From a bacterium (GTDB lineage: Bacteria > Patescibacteriota > Microgenomatia > UBA8517): DNA of 64,000 nucleotides. Numbering within the stretch: position 1 is the first letter of the stretch; every line of letters starts with the position of its first letter. Positions 54,109 to 63,641 of the stretch are shown here, piece after piece. Position numbers and translations under genes: made by a program. The notes beneath the pieces were generated by a model that was given only the letters and a program-made list of their open reading frames with translations, was not told where the DNA came from and ran no database searches. The DNA is taken from positions 465,902-529,901 of the forward strand of contig CP129472.1 of assembly GCA_030583725.1 (NCBI GenBank), given 5' to 3'.

Positions 54109-55668
54109 GTGAATCCTTCACCACCTGTAACTAAAATGTTTTGCATATGTTATGATTATAACAGTATGGCGATGTGGAACAAAATAATCCTACCGCTTTG
54201 GAACAAACTAATATCAATTATTGATACTCCCCTTTGGCTTGAGATTTTCTTTGTAGTTATTCTACTACTTAGAATCCCTTCATTTTTTGAACCATACTAT
54301 TACGGTGATGAAATGATTTACCTAACTCTTGGAGAAGGCGTTAGACAAGGAGTTGAGCTATACTCTGGTCTGCACGACAACAAACCACCACTACTCTATT
54401 TGACCGCTGCCATCTCAGGAAATCTTTTCGTTTTTAAAGTATTACTTGCTGGTTTTAACCTTCTTTCTATTTATCTATTTTGGAAATTAGTCAAAAACTT
54501 ATTCCCTCAAAAGGAAAGGCTTCACAAAATAGGTACAATTATATTTGGTATCTTCTCAACCCTGCCACTTCTTGAGGGTAATATAGCCAATGCAGAAAAC
54601 TTCATGATGGTACCAATATTACTTGCCTTTATATATGTATTTACTAAAAAGGACAACTTTAGGAATATGTTTTTAATAGGAATTCTCTTTTCCCTAGCTT
54701 CACTTTATAAAATTGTAGCTGCTTTTGACATAATGGGTTTAATAGCATTCTGGCTAATATTCACCAAAAAGGGTGACTTTATAAACTTATTTAAGAAAAT
54801 AATATACCTGTCTCTTGGTTTTTTGGTCCCAATACTTTTAACCTTTGCTTGGTACTACTTTAAAGGTGCATTTTCAGAATACCTAGTAGCTGCCTACTTA
54901 CAAAATTTTGGCTACTTAAGTAGTTGGAAAAGATCATCTGAAGAAATACCTTTTCTAGTTAAAAATGGTCCACTACTTATTCGGTTTGGATTAATGATTT
55001 TAGGATTTGTAGTTCTTTGGTTTTTAAGGAATAAACTTTCTAAGCAATTTGTTTTCGTTTCAAGTTGGTTGTTGGCAACTCTTTTTGCAGTATCTTTGTC
55101 TGAACGACCTTACCCACACTATTTTTTACAATCACTTGCCCCAACAACTATTCTTTTGGCCATGCTTTTTACTCTTAAAAGTATTGAGCAAAGTTTTACT
55201 ATTATCCCACTTACTTTGGCTTTTTTTGTTCCTTACTACTTTAAGTTTTGGTATTATCCTACAATTCCCTATTACGAAAGGTTTATAAAATTTGCAACCA
55301 TGCAAACTGAGAGGACCGAATATTTTAATCAATTTTCGAGTGAAGTTTCTAATAATTATAAGATTGCAGATTTTCTAACCAAATCAGCCTCTAAGGATGA
55401 TCGGGTCTTTGTCTGGAGCGGTGACTCAGCTGCCATATATTCACTATCAAGACGGCTTCCACCAACAAAATATGTAGCTGATTACCACTTTATGGACTTT
55501 TCAACCGAAGAAAGAACAATACTAGAACTCACAAACGCTATGCCTAAATTTGTAGTAATTACCCCAAACTCAAAACCGTTTAAATCTCTAGATGTGTTTT
55601 TGGACCAAAACTATTATATAATCTCTGAAGTTGGTTCATCACAAATATGGCTCTACTTGAACAAATAA
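54109..55668 (+). CDS. GT39/GT83-type GT-C glycosyltransferase (PMT/ArnT-like)
   Basis: Polytopic. YYGDEMIYL, a DE motif, sits in the first loop. The probable true start is the internal Met near 54169 (MAMWNK). Confidence 0.65.
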   Translation: MNPSPPVTKMFCICYDYNSMAMWNKIILPLWNKLISIIDTPLWLEIFFVVILLLRIPSFFEPYYYGDEMIYLTLGEGVRQGVELYSGLHDNKPPLLYLTAAISGNLFVFKVLLAGFNLLSIYLFWKLVKNLFPQKERLHKIGTIIFGIFSTLPLLEGNIANAENFMMVPILLAFIYVFTKKDNFRNMFLIGILFSLASLYKIVAAFDIMGLIAFWLIFTKKGDFINLFKKIIYLSLGFLVPILLTFAWYYFKGAFSEYLVAAYLQNFGYLSSWKRSSEEIPFLVKNGPLLIRFGLMILGFVVLWFLRNKLSKQFVFVSSWLLATLFAVSLSERPYPHYFLQSLAPTTILLAMLFTLKSIEQSFTIIPLTLAFFVPYYFKFWYYPTIPYYERFIKFATMQTERTEYFNQFSSEVSNNYKIADFLTKSASKDDRVFVWSGDSAAIYSLSRRLPPTKYVADYHFMDFSTEERTILELTNAMPKFVVITPNSKPFKSLDVFLDQNYYIISEVGSSQIWLYLNK

Positions 55669-56006
55669 AAGAAACTTCTGTCCCATTGAAGTCTCTTTTC
55701 GTGACTTCTTTCATTGTAAATTGTGTATTTATTCTTATTAGTCTAGTTTCGACTGTTATTCTTCCCCCCGAGATACCTCTCTTTTTTGGATTACCTAAAA
55801 GTACTAGCCAATTAGCTGCTAACTATATGATATTAGTCCCCTCGCTAATTTCAACTTTTTTGGTAACGGCAAACTTTATAATAGCATTAAAAGTTAGTGG
55901 CCAATATATTAAAAAGATATTAGCCTTTACCTCTGTTTCAGTTACTATTCTAAATGTGATTGCTACCTCCAAAATAGTATTTTTAGTTGGATCTTTTGCA
56001 AATTAA
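55647..56006 (+). CDS. small 4-transmembrane membrane protein (GtrA/SMR-like, possible lipid-linked sugar flippase subunit)
   Basis: 119 aa with four hydrophobic helices. It lies between the GT-C gene and the WecA-like gene. Assignment is by architecture only. Confidence 0.3.
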   Translation: MALLEQIKETSVPLKSLFVTSFIVNCVFILISLVSTVILPPEIPLFFGLPKSTSQLAANYMILVPSLISTFLVTANFIIALKVSGQYIKKILAFTSVSVTILNVIATSKIVFLVGSFAN

Positions 56007-57032
56007 ATGGGTACAATTAATCTTTTTTTTACACCCCTACTCACGGCTTTTTTAATATCAGCCTTAGTTACTCCTGTTGTAATTATATATGCCAAAAAAC
56101 TTGGTATTATGGATGACCCAAGAAAAACTAACCATCCAAAAGTAATCCACACGAAGCCAATCCCAAGAGGTGGGGGTATTCCAGTTTTTATCGCAATATT
56201 TATTGCTTCACTTATCTTTATTCCTATAGACAAACATATTGTCTCGATTTTAATCGGAGCGGGAATCGTTTTTGTGATGGGTCATCTTGATGATAAATAT
56301 AATTTAAATCCATATCTTAGATTGGCTTTGGGATTTTTGGCAGCCTACATTCCTGTATCTCAAGGTATTGGAATTAGTTTTTTAACTAACCCTTTTGGTG
56401 GCATTATTGACCTGTCTAACCCACTTTTTTCTAATGTATTCGCCCTTCTTTGGATTGTTTTTATGATGAATGTGGTCAATATGGGCGCCAAAGGAATTGA
56501 TGGCCAATTGTCAGGTGTAACAGTAATTTCTGCTTTAACCATAACCGCACTCTCGTTTTCCTACTTTACCGATACAACCCAATGGCCTGTTATTCTTTTA
56601 ACCGGCATCACCGCAGGTGCTTTTTTGGGTTTTTTTCTTTGGCACAAGTTTCCACAAAAAATTATGCCAGGGTATGGTGGTTCAACTCTGGCGGGATATA
56701 TGTTAGCCATAGCATCAATACTGTCAACAACTAAGGTGGGAACATTGATAGTAGTTTTAGGTGTACCCCTTATTGATACAGGGTACACAATAATGCGCAG
56801 AATAATGTCAGGAAAGTCTCCTGTTTGGGGTGACAGAGGGCATCTACACCACAGACTCCTAGACTATGGTTTAAGCAAGAAACAGGTTTCACAGGTTTAC
56901 TGGTCACTCACAGCGATACTTGGAATTCTGGCTCTCAATTTGAATAGCACATACAAGTTGTATACAATCATTGGTGTAATACTGGTTGTGGGCGGTTTAA
57001 TATTATTTTTAACCAGAAAGAAGAATGACTAA
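56007..57032 (+). CDS. polyprenyl-phosphate N-acetylhexosamine-1-phosphate transferase (WecA/TagO/MraY family)
   Basis: Motifs HLDDKYNL and NVVNMGAKGIDGQLSG (NxxNxxDGIDGL). Ten or more transmembrane helices. Confidence 0.75.
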   Translation: MGTINLFFTPLLTAFLISALVTPVVIIYAKKLGIMDDPRKTNHPKVIHTKPIPRGGGIPVFIAIFIASLIFIPIDKHIVSILIGAGIVFVMGHLDDKYNLNPYLRLALGFLAAYIPVSQGIGISFLTNPFGGIIDLSNPLFSNVFALLWIVFMMNVVNMGAKGIDGQLSGVTVISALTITALSFSYFTDTTQWPVILLTGITAGAFLGFFLWHKFPQKIMPGYGGSTLAGYMLAIASILSTTKVGTLIVVLGVPLIDTGYTIMRRIMSGKSPVWGDRGHLHHRLLDYGLSKKQVSQVYWSLTAILGILALNLNSTYKLYTIIGVILVVGGLILFLTRKKND

Positions 57033-57984
57033 CTTAATTTGGCAGGCGATGAACACAGCTAAAGAGGCTATAAGAGTGGCGAGGCCTATCCATTGGGTCA
57101 AAAATTTTGCGCTTTTTGCAGCTATTTTTTTAACAGGCACATTGTTTGAAAAGGGCTTGTTGGCAAATGTGATTATCTCATTTATCTCTTTCTCACTAGC
57201 CACCTCCGCAACATATATTTTTAACGACATAATGGATGCTAAAAGAGATGTTCTTCATCCTCACAAAAAGAATCGGCCAATAGCATCAGGAAAGTTACCT
57301 CTTAATTTGGCAATTTTTGAAATGCTAATCCTACTGTTTGTTTCTTTGGTTATAGCTGAAGCATTAAACCATTTGTTTTTTGTACTTTTGGTTTTCTACT
57401 TAAGTATGCAGGTCTTATACAGCTTAGGTTTGAAAAATATTCACGTAATTGATATTTTAATTATTGCCACGGGTTTTATTTTAAGGGTTTATGCAGGAGC
57501 CCTGGTAATAGATGCACATCTTTCCGTCTGGTTTTTGCTTTGTGTAGTCTCAGCCTCACTATTTTTGGCGGCAGGTAAAAGAAGGTCTGAAATAAATTTA
57601 TCCAATGCAGAAGATGGTAGAACACGCTTAAGTCTTTCTAAGTACTCGAGAGAGCTTCTAAACAGCTATGTAACAATGTTTGGTAATGCCACATGGATGA
57701 GTTGGGGTTTGTACACATTTTATGAAAGTCCAAGAGCTTCTCTGGACTTTTGGCTTTTATTGGCCGAGGTTTCAAAAGCAACAACTGTTAACAAGTTGAT
57801 GATGGCAACAATCCCTTTAGTAATTTTTGGCATTATGAGATACCAAGTTCTAATTTTTGAAGGTAAGTCAGAAGCTCCAGAAAAACTTTTCTTGTCAGAC
57901 AAGGCCCTCATCATTTCAATTAGTCTTTGGGTAGGATTTGTTTACTTCATCCTCTATTCAGGAGTATCAGTTAGGGGAATTTAG
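57025..57984 (+). CDS. UbiA-family prenyltransferase resembling decaprenyl-phosphate phosphoribosyltransferase (DPPR synthase)
   Basis: NDIMDAKRD matches the NDxxDxxxD motif. Polytopic and about 320 aa, the typical size of DPPR synthases. Confidence 0.65.
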   Translation: MTNLIWQAMNTAKEAIRVARPIHWVKNFALFAAIFLTGTLFEKGLLANVIISFISFSLATSATYIFNDIMDAKRDVLHPHKKNRPIASGKLPLNLAIFEMLILLFVSLVIAEALNHLFFVLLVFYLSMQVLYSLGLKNIHVIDILIIATGFILRVYAGALVIDAHLSVWFLLCVVSASLFLAAGKRRSEINLSNAEDGRTRLSLSKYSRELLNSYVTMFGNATWMSWGLYTFYESPRASLDFWLLLAEVSKATTVNKLMMATIPLVIFGIMRYQVLIFEGKSEAPEKLFLSDKALIISISLWVGFVYFILYSGVSVRGI

Positions 57985-58824
57985 CTTTGTCACAAATTCT
58001 GCACTAACCCAGCCTGCTTGCGATTCGCCTTCAGTGCCTACAAATTCTATTTTGTACCAAATTCCATTTTCATCTATTTCTAAAATTTCATACTCCTCAT
58101 CTGGCTTAACTTGTCCAATTTCTGGAAATCCTGTATTAGCTCCACTTCTGACCCTTAAAAATCCTATATCTGTTTGGTTAACCTTGATTTTACCTAGGCC
58201 CTCTATGTCTGTACTACCAGACAATTCTTCAATTATTTGTGACTCAACAACGTCTGATTTTGCAAGCTTAACTGAGGCTGTTAATTTGTATCCTGCATAG
58301 ACCCTAATTGGTAAAGACTTTTCAAGATATTTATCAGACGAAACAATTAAGTTGTGGTCCCCAGCTGGCATTTTTACACGTAGGGGTGTGTAACCAACAA
58401 TTTTATTGTCAACAATAACTTGTGCATTATCAGGTACAGACACAACCGTGATATATGACTCTGATCCTCCCAGTTTCTCAAATGAAACAACTACCCCACT
58501 TGAAAATTCCTCAACGTCTTTAAATGTTCTTTTGACAATTGTTCTTACTCCTGAAGTTAAGTTTATTTTGGTTTCATAGTCATCTAAAATAATCCCAGTA
58601 TCAATAGGTTTAACCCTTAAGGTTATTTCACCTGCACTTAAGTTTGCTTCGTATGGCGTTCTTCCCACCTCTTGTTCATTTATGTAAACAATAGACTCAG
58701 GATCAGCTTCAACTAGAATTCCTGACTCTTGATCTTTAAATAGACCCAAAAAAGACAACCCCCCATACCCAACAACTAATATACCTAAAAGCGCAAGGAA
58801 TATGCTTATCAATTTCTTTTTCAT
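57967..58824 (-). CDS. secreted/anchored protein with two PEGA domains and C-terminal SH3b domain
   Basis: Signal/anchor sequence and two PEGA-like repeats (VYINEQEVGRTPYEANLSAGEITLRV and VIVDNKIVGYTPLRVKMPAGDHNLIV). The C-terminus LRVRSGANTGFPEIGQVKPDEEYEILEIDENGIWYKIEF..GWVSAEFV is SH3b-like. Confidence 0.6.
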   Translation of the reverse strand: MKKKLISIFLALLGILVVGYGGLSFLGLFKDQESGILVEADPESIVYINEQEVGRTPYEANLSAGEITLRVKPIDTGIILDDYETKINLTSGVRTIVKRTFKDVEEFSSGVVVSFEKLGGSESYITVVSVPDNAQVIVDNKIVGYTPLRVKMPAGDHNLIVSSDKYLEKSLPIRVYAGYKLTASVKLAKSDVVESQIIEELSGSTDIEGLGKIKVNQTDIGFLRVRSGANTGFPEIGQVKPDEEYEILEIDENGIWYKIEFVGTEGESQAGWVSAEFVTKLNSPN

Positions 58825-58891
58825 TCATCTAATATTATCACGAGCCAAGCTCGTTACAAGTCTAGCTTCTTAATTATTTTTAAAAAAACAC

Positions 58892-58920
58892 TTGACAAAG
58901 AAAATTAAAATTATTATTAT
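58892..58920 (+). promoter_or_regulatory. sigma70 promoter for hsp20 (TTGACA-17-TATTAT)
   Basis: TTGACA at 58892-58897 and TATTAT at 58915-58920. Confidence 0.55.
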
Positions 58921-58924
58921 TTAC

Positions 58925-58951
58925 TTGGCACTCAGTTACATAGAGTGATAA
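58925..58951. promoter_or_regulatory. CIRCE element upstream of hsp20 (TTGGCACTC-N9-GAGTGATAA)
   Basis: Inverted repeat closely matching the CIRCE consensus. It lies between the -10 box and the AGGAGG RBS at 58962-58967. Confidence 0.65.
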
Positions 58952-58982
58952 TAGAAATGAAAGGAGGTGGTAATAAAAAAAT

Positions 58983-59357
58983 ATGCAACTTGTAAGATTT
59001 GAACCATTTAGAAGTTTATTAGACGATAGCTTTGCAATGCCTTCCTTGCAAAAAGGGCTTAAGATCCATGAGACTGATAAGTCCATTATTGTTGAGGCGG
59101 TTGTTGCAGGTGTACCCAAAAAGGACGTAGAAATTGATATTGAAGACGGTGTACTCACCATTAAAGCAGAAGTCAAAGAAGAGACAGAAACAAAGAATGA
59201 GTATAAGTCATCTTCATACCAATATTACTACACCACTGCACTATCAGGGGGTCAATGGGATAAGGCAGAAGCGGTTGTTAATGATGGAGTAGTTAAAATA
59301 GATATTCCAAAGACCGAAAGCTCAAGACCAAGAAAAATTACGGTCAAGGCTAATTAA
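58983..59357 (+). CDS. small heat shock protein Hsp20 (alpha-crystallin domain)
   Basis: IHETDKSIIVEAVVAGVPKKDVEIDIEDGVLTIKAE and VKIDIPK form an alpha-crystallin-domain signature. Confidence 0.85.
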   Translation: MQLVRFEPFRSLLDDSFAMPSLQKGLKIHETDKSIIVEAVVAGVPKKDVEIDIEDGVLTIKAEVKEETETKNEYKSSSYQYYYTTALSGGQWDKAEAVVNDGVVKIDIPKTESSRPRKITVKAN

Positions 59358-59360
59358 AGC

Positions 59361-59386
59361 GTAGCCATATGATACAATATGGCTAC
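59361..59386 (+). other. perfect 10-bp inverted repeat hairpin between hsp20 and tRNA-Cys
   Basis: GTAGCCATAT-gataca-ATATGGCTAC. It ends 1 nt before the first nucleotide of the tRNA, and no U-tract follows. Confidence 0.5.
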
Positions 59387-59387
59387 T

Positions 59388-59459
59388 GATCCGGTGGCCA
59401 AGTGGTAAGGCGAGAGTCTGCAAAACTCTTATTCGCGGGTTCGATTCCCGCCCGGATCT
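59388..59459 (+). tRNA. tRNA-Cys (anticodon GCA)
   Basis: Manual fold: acceptor GATCCGG/CCGGATC, U8, a 3-bp D stem with GG in the loop, anticodon stem AGAGT/ACTCT, anticodon loop CU-GCA-AA, T arm GCGGG-TTCGATT-CCCGC, discriminator U. CCA is not encoded. Confidence 0.85.
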
Positions 59460-59531
59460 CATTTTTATTTACTTTTAAAATACCCCATATTATTTGACTT
59501 TTGGGCTTTTCATATGTTAGAATAAGCACAT

Positions 59532-59563
59532 CTCGCAAGATTATTGCGGGATTTTTGTTTTTT
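59532..59563 (+). terminator. intrinsic terminator after tRNA-Cys
   Basis: RNA CUCGCAA-GAUUA-UUGCGGG (a 7-bp stem with one G-U pair) followed by AUUUUUGUUUUUU. Confidence 0.6.
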
Positions 59564-59579
59564 ACCCGAAGGGGGAAAT

Positions 59580-60257
59580 ATGCAAAAACTAACCCTACAT
59601 CTGCCTAATTATCGCCTTGCCGTGGAATATCGGCTAATTAAAAGGCGTAAATCTGCTTTGGATGAGCCTATCATCCCAACCCAAAAGAGGCTAAATATCA
59701 AATACCATGTTGGTGGCTACACACACAAGCTGTTTAGATACATCTTTGAGCACAAAACAGTTAAAAAGCTTCTAGGCACAAACATAGCCTTGATGCTTAT
59801 TGCATCCTCTTTCTTGCCTTCTGTTTCATATGGAGATATGACCGATGAGGCTGTTGTTTCTGTTCTTGAATCTAGTACACCCATACACACAACAGTTGCA
59901 ATACAAAATCCTGTTGAAAATATGAGAATTACACAAACTTATAAGTTTTTCCATCCAGCAATTGACTTAGATGGTGAAACTGGAGACCATATAAAGCCTA
60001 TTAAAAAGGGTCAAGTTGATACTGTAATTCATTCTACTGTTGGATATGGTAAACATATTATTATTGACCATGGTAGCAACTTAAAGTCTTTGTATGCCCA
60101 TTTATCCAAAATTAACGTTGTTGAAGGTCAGGAAGTAACAACTGACACAGTAATCGGTGAAATGGGAGCAACTGGAAGATCTTTTGGAGACCATTTACAT
60201 TTAGAAGTAAGAGATAGGGGTGTACCTATAAACCCACTTTCAGTCTTGCCGAGATAA
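59580..60257 (+). CDS. M23-family peptidoglycan metalloendopeptidase (LytM-like)
   Basis: HPAIDLDG, YGKHIIIDHG and GDHLHLEV form the M23 HxxxD/HxH zinc site. The start is set at ATG 59580, which has the AAGGGGGAAAT RBS; the track ORF begins upstream at a non-ATG codon. Confidence 0.8.
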   Translation: MQKLTLHLPNYRLAVEYRLIKRRKSALDEPIIPTQKRLNIKYHVGGYTHKLFRYIFEHKTVKKLLGTNIALMLIASSFLPSVSYGDMTDEAVVSVLESSTPIHTTVAIQNPVENMRITQTYKFFHPAIDLDGETGDHIKPIKKGQVDTVIHSTVGYGKHIIIDHGSNLKSLYAHLSKINVVEGQEVTTDTVIGEMGATGRSFGDHLHLEVRDRGVPINPLSVLPR

Positions 60258-60668
60258 ATGATCTTCAACTAGGGTTAACACTTGCTGAGAAATGGGGTGT
60301 TTACATAATTGTTTTGCCATTTTGAGACTGGTGCGTAAGTGCTTATTTCGCATCTCAACATTATTTAATTTACCTTCCCACTCCGTAACCAAAAATATAT
60401 GTCTAAAATTAACAGTATCTTTGTCCTCATTCCGAATAACTCCAATTTGTTCGAACTTCGTTGGTGTTGCTCCATATTCTTCGTTCATCTCACGCTTTAA
60501 CGCACTCACATATGTTTCGCCTTTTTCACAACTACCGCCTGGAACTATTGTGTAGCCAAAATACTTGTCCTTAGGTTCTATTCTTTCCTCTAATTGAATT
60601 TGACCATCCCAAATTACAAAAATTACACTGAACTTCTCTATTCTCAGTTTTTCTAGATTTTCCTTCAT
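60240..60668 (-). CDS. NUDIX hydrolase
   Basis: Nudix box GGSCEKGETYVSALKREMNEEYG. Confidence 0.7.
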   Translation of the reverse strand: MKENLEKLRIEKFSVIFVIWDGQIQLEERIEPKDKYFGYTIVPGGSCEKGETYVSALKREMNEEYGATPTKFEQIGVIRNEDKDTVNFRHIFLVTEWEGKLNNVEMRNKHLRTSLKMAKQLCKHPISQQVLTLVEDHLSRQD

Positions 60669-60689
60669 AGAAGGAAATGTACCACAAAA

Positions 60690-61295
60690 TTATCTATTTT
60701 CAAGTGATCTCCATAGATACCAACAGGCTAATGTTCTATAAGGCTTCCAGTTCTTTTCCGCAAAGTTTGCAGATTTTATCTTGTCCCATTTCTTGCCAGT
60801 TACTTTTTCAAAACCTTTTTTAATACCTAGATCATCTATTGGAAAGATGTCAGGTCGCCCAAGTGAAAACATTAAAAACATTTCTGCAGTCCATCTTCCA
60901 ATTCCTTTAACTTTAATTAATTCTGTTATTACCTCTTCATCAGTTAGTTTGTTCAAATTCATAATCCGTAATTCATTATTCATAATTCTATTTGAAAGAT
61001 CTTTCAAATATGTAGCTTTCTGCCACGACAAGCCACAGTCTCTTAATTCTTGATCAGTTTTGGATAATATACTTTCTGGAGTAACCTTAACAAGCAAAGT
61101 CTTAACTCTTCCAAATATTGTTTTTGCAGCCTTACCTGACAATTGTTGAGAGCAAATTGCATCAACCAAATCTTCAAAATATTTTAATTTTGAAATTGGT
61201 TTAATAGTACAACTTCCCCACTTTTTAACTAATGGCCCTATAAATTTGTCTTTTTGATGTTTGTTTTCAGCCTCTTCCCAAAGTTTATTTTTCAT
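60690..61295 (-). CDS. HhH-GPD DNA glycosylase (AlkA/3-methyladenine glycosylase II-like)
   Basis: LIKVKGIGRWTAEMFLMFSLGRPDIFPIDDLGI is the HhH-GPD motif with the catalytic Asp. Confidence 0.75.
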   Translation of the reverse strand: MKNKLWEEAENKHQKDKFIGPLVKKWGSCTIKPISKLKYFEDLVDAICSQQLSGKAAKTIFGRVKTLLVKVTPESILSKTDQELRDCGLSWQKATYLKDLSNRIMNNELRIMNLNKLTDEEVITELIKVKGIGRWTAEMFLMFSLGRPDIFPIDDLGIKKGFEKVTGKKWDKIKSANFAEKNWKPYRTLACWYLWRSLENR

Positions 61296-61635
61296 TTAAA
61301 ATTTTTTCTCCCAACGGGGACATGCTAGATATTATTTTAAACCCTGAAAGCATAATTGGGTTATCAACGATATAGACTGTTTCGTTATTGTAGTTAAAAA
61401 CTATTTTTTCGCCTTTTAAGTCAATTTCTTTTTTTAAAGAAAGAATTGTTTCATATTTTTGTCTTGTTAATTCTGCTGTGCCTTGTGAGTGAAACCTATC
61501 CCCAGCTTGAGAATGTGAAGTGAGCGCCGTTTGTGCTATTTCCTGCGCAGAGATCTTAGCCAATTCATAGTACTTCTTAGCTTTTGCAAGTTCTAAAATA
61601 ACAGATTCGTCTAGTTTATTAAAACAATTTCTCAT
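61285..61635 (-). CDS. mini GreA/GreB-family protein (C-terminal FKBP-like domain, short N-terminus)
   Basis: The C-terminus IVDNPIMLSGFKIISSMSPLGEKILNEK matches the GreA ISxxSPLGxALLGK motif. Total length is 116 aa. Confidence 0.5.
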   Translation of the reverse strand: MRNCFNKLDESVILELAKAKKYYELAKISAQEIAQTALTSHSQAGDRFHSQGTAELTRQKYETILSLKKEIDLKGEKIVFNYNNETVYIVDNPIMLSGFKIISSMSPLGEKILNEK

Positions 61636-61698
61636 TAAAAATTAACTTTATAAAACTGTCACAAAAAACTTAACTACTGATCAAAAGATTTGAAGAAA

Positions 61699-61959
61699 CT
61701 ATGGCTTAGTAATTTCCTGTCGTTTTCTAATGGCTTCAGCTTCAATTTGATCTTCCGTATATCCTACTTTTTTGGCAAGATCATACCATGTTTGTTCCCA
61801 ACGATTTCTTGGTACACCTATATCTGAAGCAATTTCAAGAAGCGCTTCTTCCAACGGATTCTTTTTAGTAGGGGGCTGCGGCCTTTTAAATTCAATTGTC
61901 ATAACAACTTTATATACCCACCAAACGACACTGTCAAGTTTGAAAATTGCAGATTGCAA
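61699..61959 (-). CDS. hypothetical small protein downstream of groEL
   Basis: 86-aa ORF, or 67 aa from the internal Met. No motif recognised. Confidence 0.3.
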   Translation of the reverse strand: MQSAIFKLDSVVWWVYKVVMTIEFKRPQPPTKKNPLEEALLEIASDIGVPRNRWEQTWYDLAKKVGYTEDQIEAEAIRKRQEITKP

Positions 61960-61982
61960 ATTGAAAATTCCACAAAGTGGGC

Positions 61983-63614
61983 TTAATAATCCATTCCCAT
62001 ACCACCTTGTGGCATTTGAGGAGCTGGGGTAACAGGCTCAGGTAGGCTTGTAACTAGCCCTTCAGTAGTCACTACAGTCTTTGCTACTGAAGCTGCGTTT
62101 TCTAGAGCTGATCTTGTTACTTTTACAGGATCAACTATTCCCATTTTTGTTAGTGATCCAAATTCACCTGTTAGGGCATTGTAGCCAAAATCTCTATCTT
62201 TTGAAGCAAGGATCTTCTTTAATACTTTGTCTTGATCATCTCCTGCGTTTTTAACTAACCATTTAAATGGTTCTTCAAGTGACTCAAAAACAATGTCTGC
62301 ACCTAATTTTTCATCTCCCTCAAGTTTTAGATTCTTAATTACTTCTCTTGACCTTAATATTGCTGTTTCTCCCCCTGGAACAATTCCTTCTTCAACAGCT
62401 GCCTTTGTGGCTCCAACTGCATCTTTTACTCTTTCTTTCTTTTCATTTAATTCTATCTCTGTCGCAGCACCAACATTAATTTGTGCAACTCCTCCAACTA
62501 ATTTTGCAAGTCTTTCTTGTAATTTTTCCTTGTCATAATCTGAATCACTTGCTTTAATTTGGGATTTTAAAAGATTTGACCTTTTACTGATTACGTCCTT
62601 GTCTCCTTTTCCTCCTATAATTCTTGCATTATCTTTATCTGCCCAAACTTTTTCAGCTTGTCCTAAATCTGTCATCTCAATTGATTCAAAATTCCTACCT
62701 GTATCTTCTGATATAACTGTTCCTCCTGTTAATACTGCAATATCTTCTAACATCTCTTTTCTTCTGTCACCAAATCCTGGAGCTTTAATAGCTAGAACAT
62801 TAAATGATCCTCTTAATTTATTTACAACTAATGTGGCTAGAGCTTCGCCTTCAATCTCATCTGCAATAATTACTAAGTTTTTGCTAACTTTTACAAATTT
62901 TTCTAAAAATGGTAGCAATTCTTGGATGGAAGTTATTTTTTTATCAGTCAATAATATATATGGATTTTCAATTTCTGATTCCATCTTGGCAGGATCTGTA
63001 ACAAAATATGGAGAAGCATAACCCTTGTCAAATTCCATACCTTCTTTGTATTCGATATCAATCGTAAAACCTTTACCCTCTTCAACTGTTACAACACCAT
63101 CACGGCCAACTTTATCCAAAGCTTCTGCAATCTTCTCACCAATCTCAGCGTCCCCAGCTGAAATTGTTGCAACTTGTTTTATTTCTTCGTGACTTTTAAT
63201 GGGCTTTGCAGCTTTTTTAAGATCTGCCACAACTGCAACAACTGCTTTTTCAATTCCTTTTTTAAGGATCATTGGATTACTTCCACTTTCATCAACCAAT
63301 TTCATACCTTTTGCGGTCATTACCTGAGCTAAAAGTGTTGAGGTTGTTGTTCCATCACCCGCATTGTCATTAGTTTTACTTGAAGCTTCTTTTACAAGTT
63401 GTGCACCCATATTTTCAAATGGATCTGGTAAATCAATTTCTTTTGCGACAGATACACCATCATGAACTATGTTTGGAGCTCCCCACTTTTTATCCAATGC
63501 AATGTTTCTTCCTTTGGGGCCAAGTGTTGTAACCACAGCTTTGGCAACCAAATCAATACCAACCATTAAGGCGGTCCTTGCGTCTTTCCCAAATTTTAAT
63601 TGTTTTGCAGCCAT
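61983..63614 (-). CDS. groL: chaperonin GroEL
   Basis: [13 protein letters not shown]...the full GroEL signature and a C-terminal GGM repeat (GGMGMDY). Confidence 0.95.
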   Translation of the reverse strand: MAAKQLKFGKDARTALMVGIDLVAKAVVTTLGPKGRNIALDKKWGAPNIVHDGVSVAKEIDLPDPFENMGAQLVKEASSKTNDNAGDGTTTSTLLAQVMTAKGMKLVDESGSNPMILKKGIEKAVVAVVADLKKAAKPIKSHEEIKQVATISAGDAEIGEKIAEALDKVGRDGVVTVEEGKGFTIDIEYKEGMEFDKGYASPYFVTDPAKMESEIENPYILLTDKKITSIQELLPFLEKFVKVSKNLVIIADEIEGEALATLVVNKLRGSFNVLAIKAPGFGDRRKEMLEDIAVLTGGTVISEDTGRNFESIEMTDLGQAEKVWADKDNARIIGGKGDKDVISKRSNLLKSQIKASDSDYDKEKLQERLAKLVGGVAQINVGAATEIELNEKKERVKDAVGATKAAVEEGIVPGGETAILRSREVIKNLKLEGDEKLGADIVFESLEEPFKWLVKNAGDDQDKVLKKILASKDRDFGYNALTGEFGSLTKMGIVDPVKVTRSALENAASVAKTVVTTEGLVTSLPEPVTPAPQMPQGGMGMDY

Positions 63615-63641
63615 AATATTATATATCCAAGTAACCGAAGT

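Noticed and set aside
58880-59176. 98-aa minus-strand ORF overlapping the hsp20 promoter and gene
   Set aside because: It is antisense to a strongly supported gene and regulatory region. No RBS or promoter was found.
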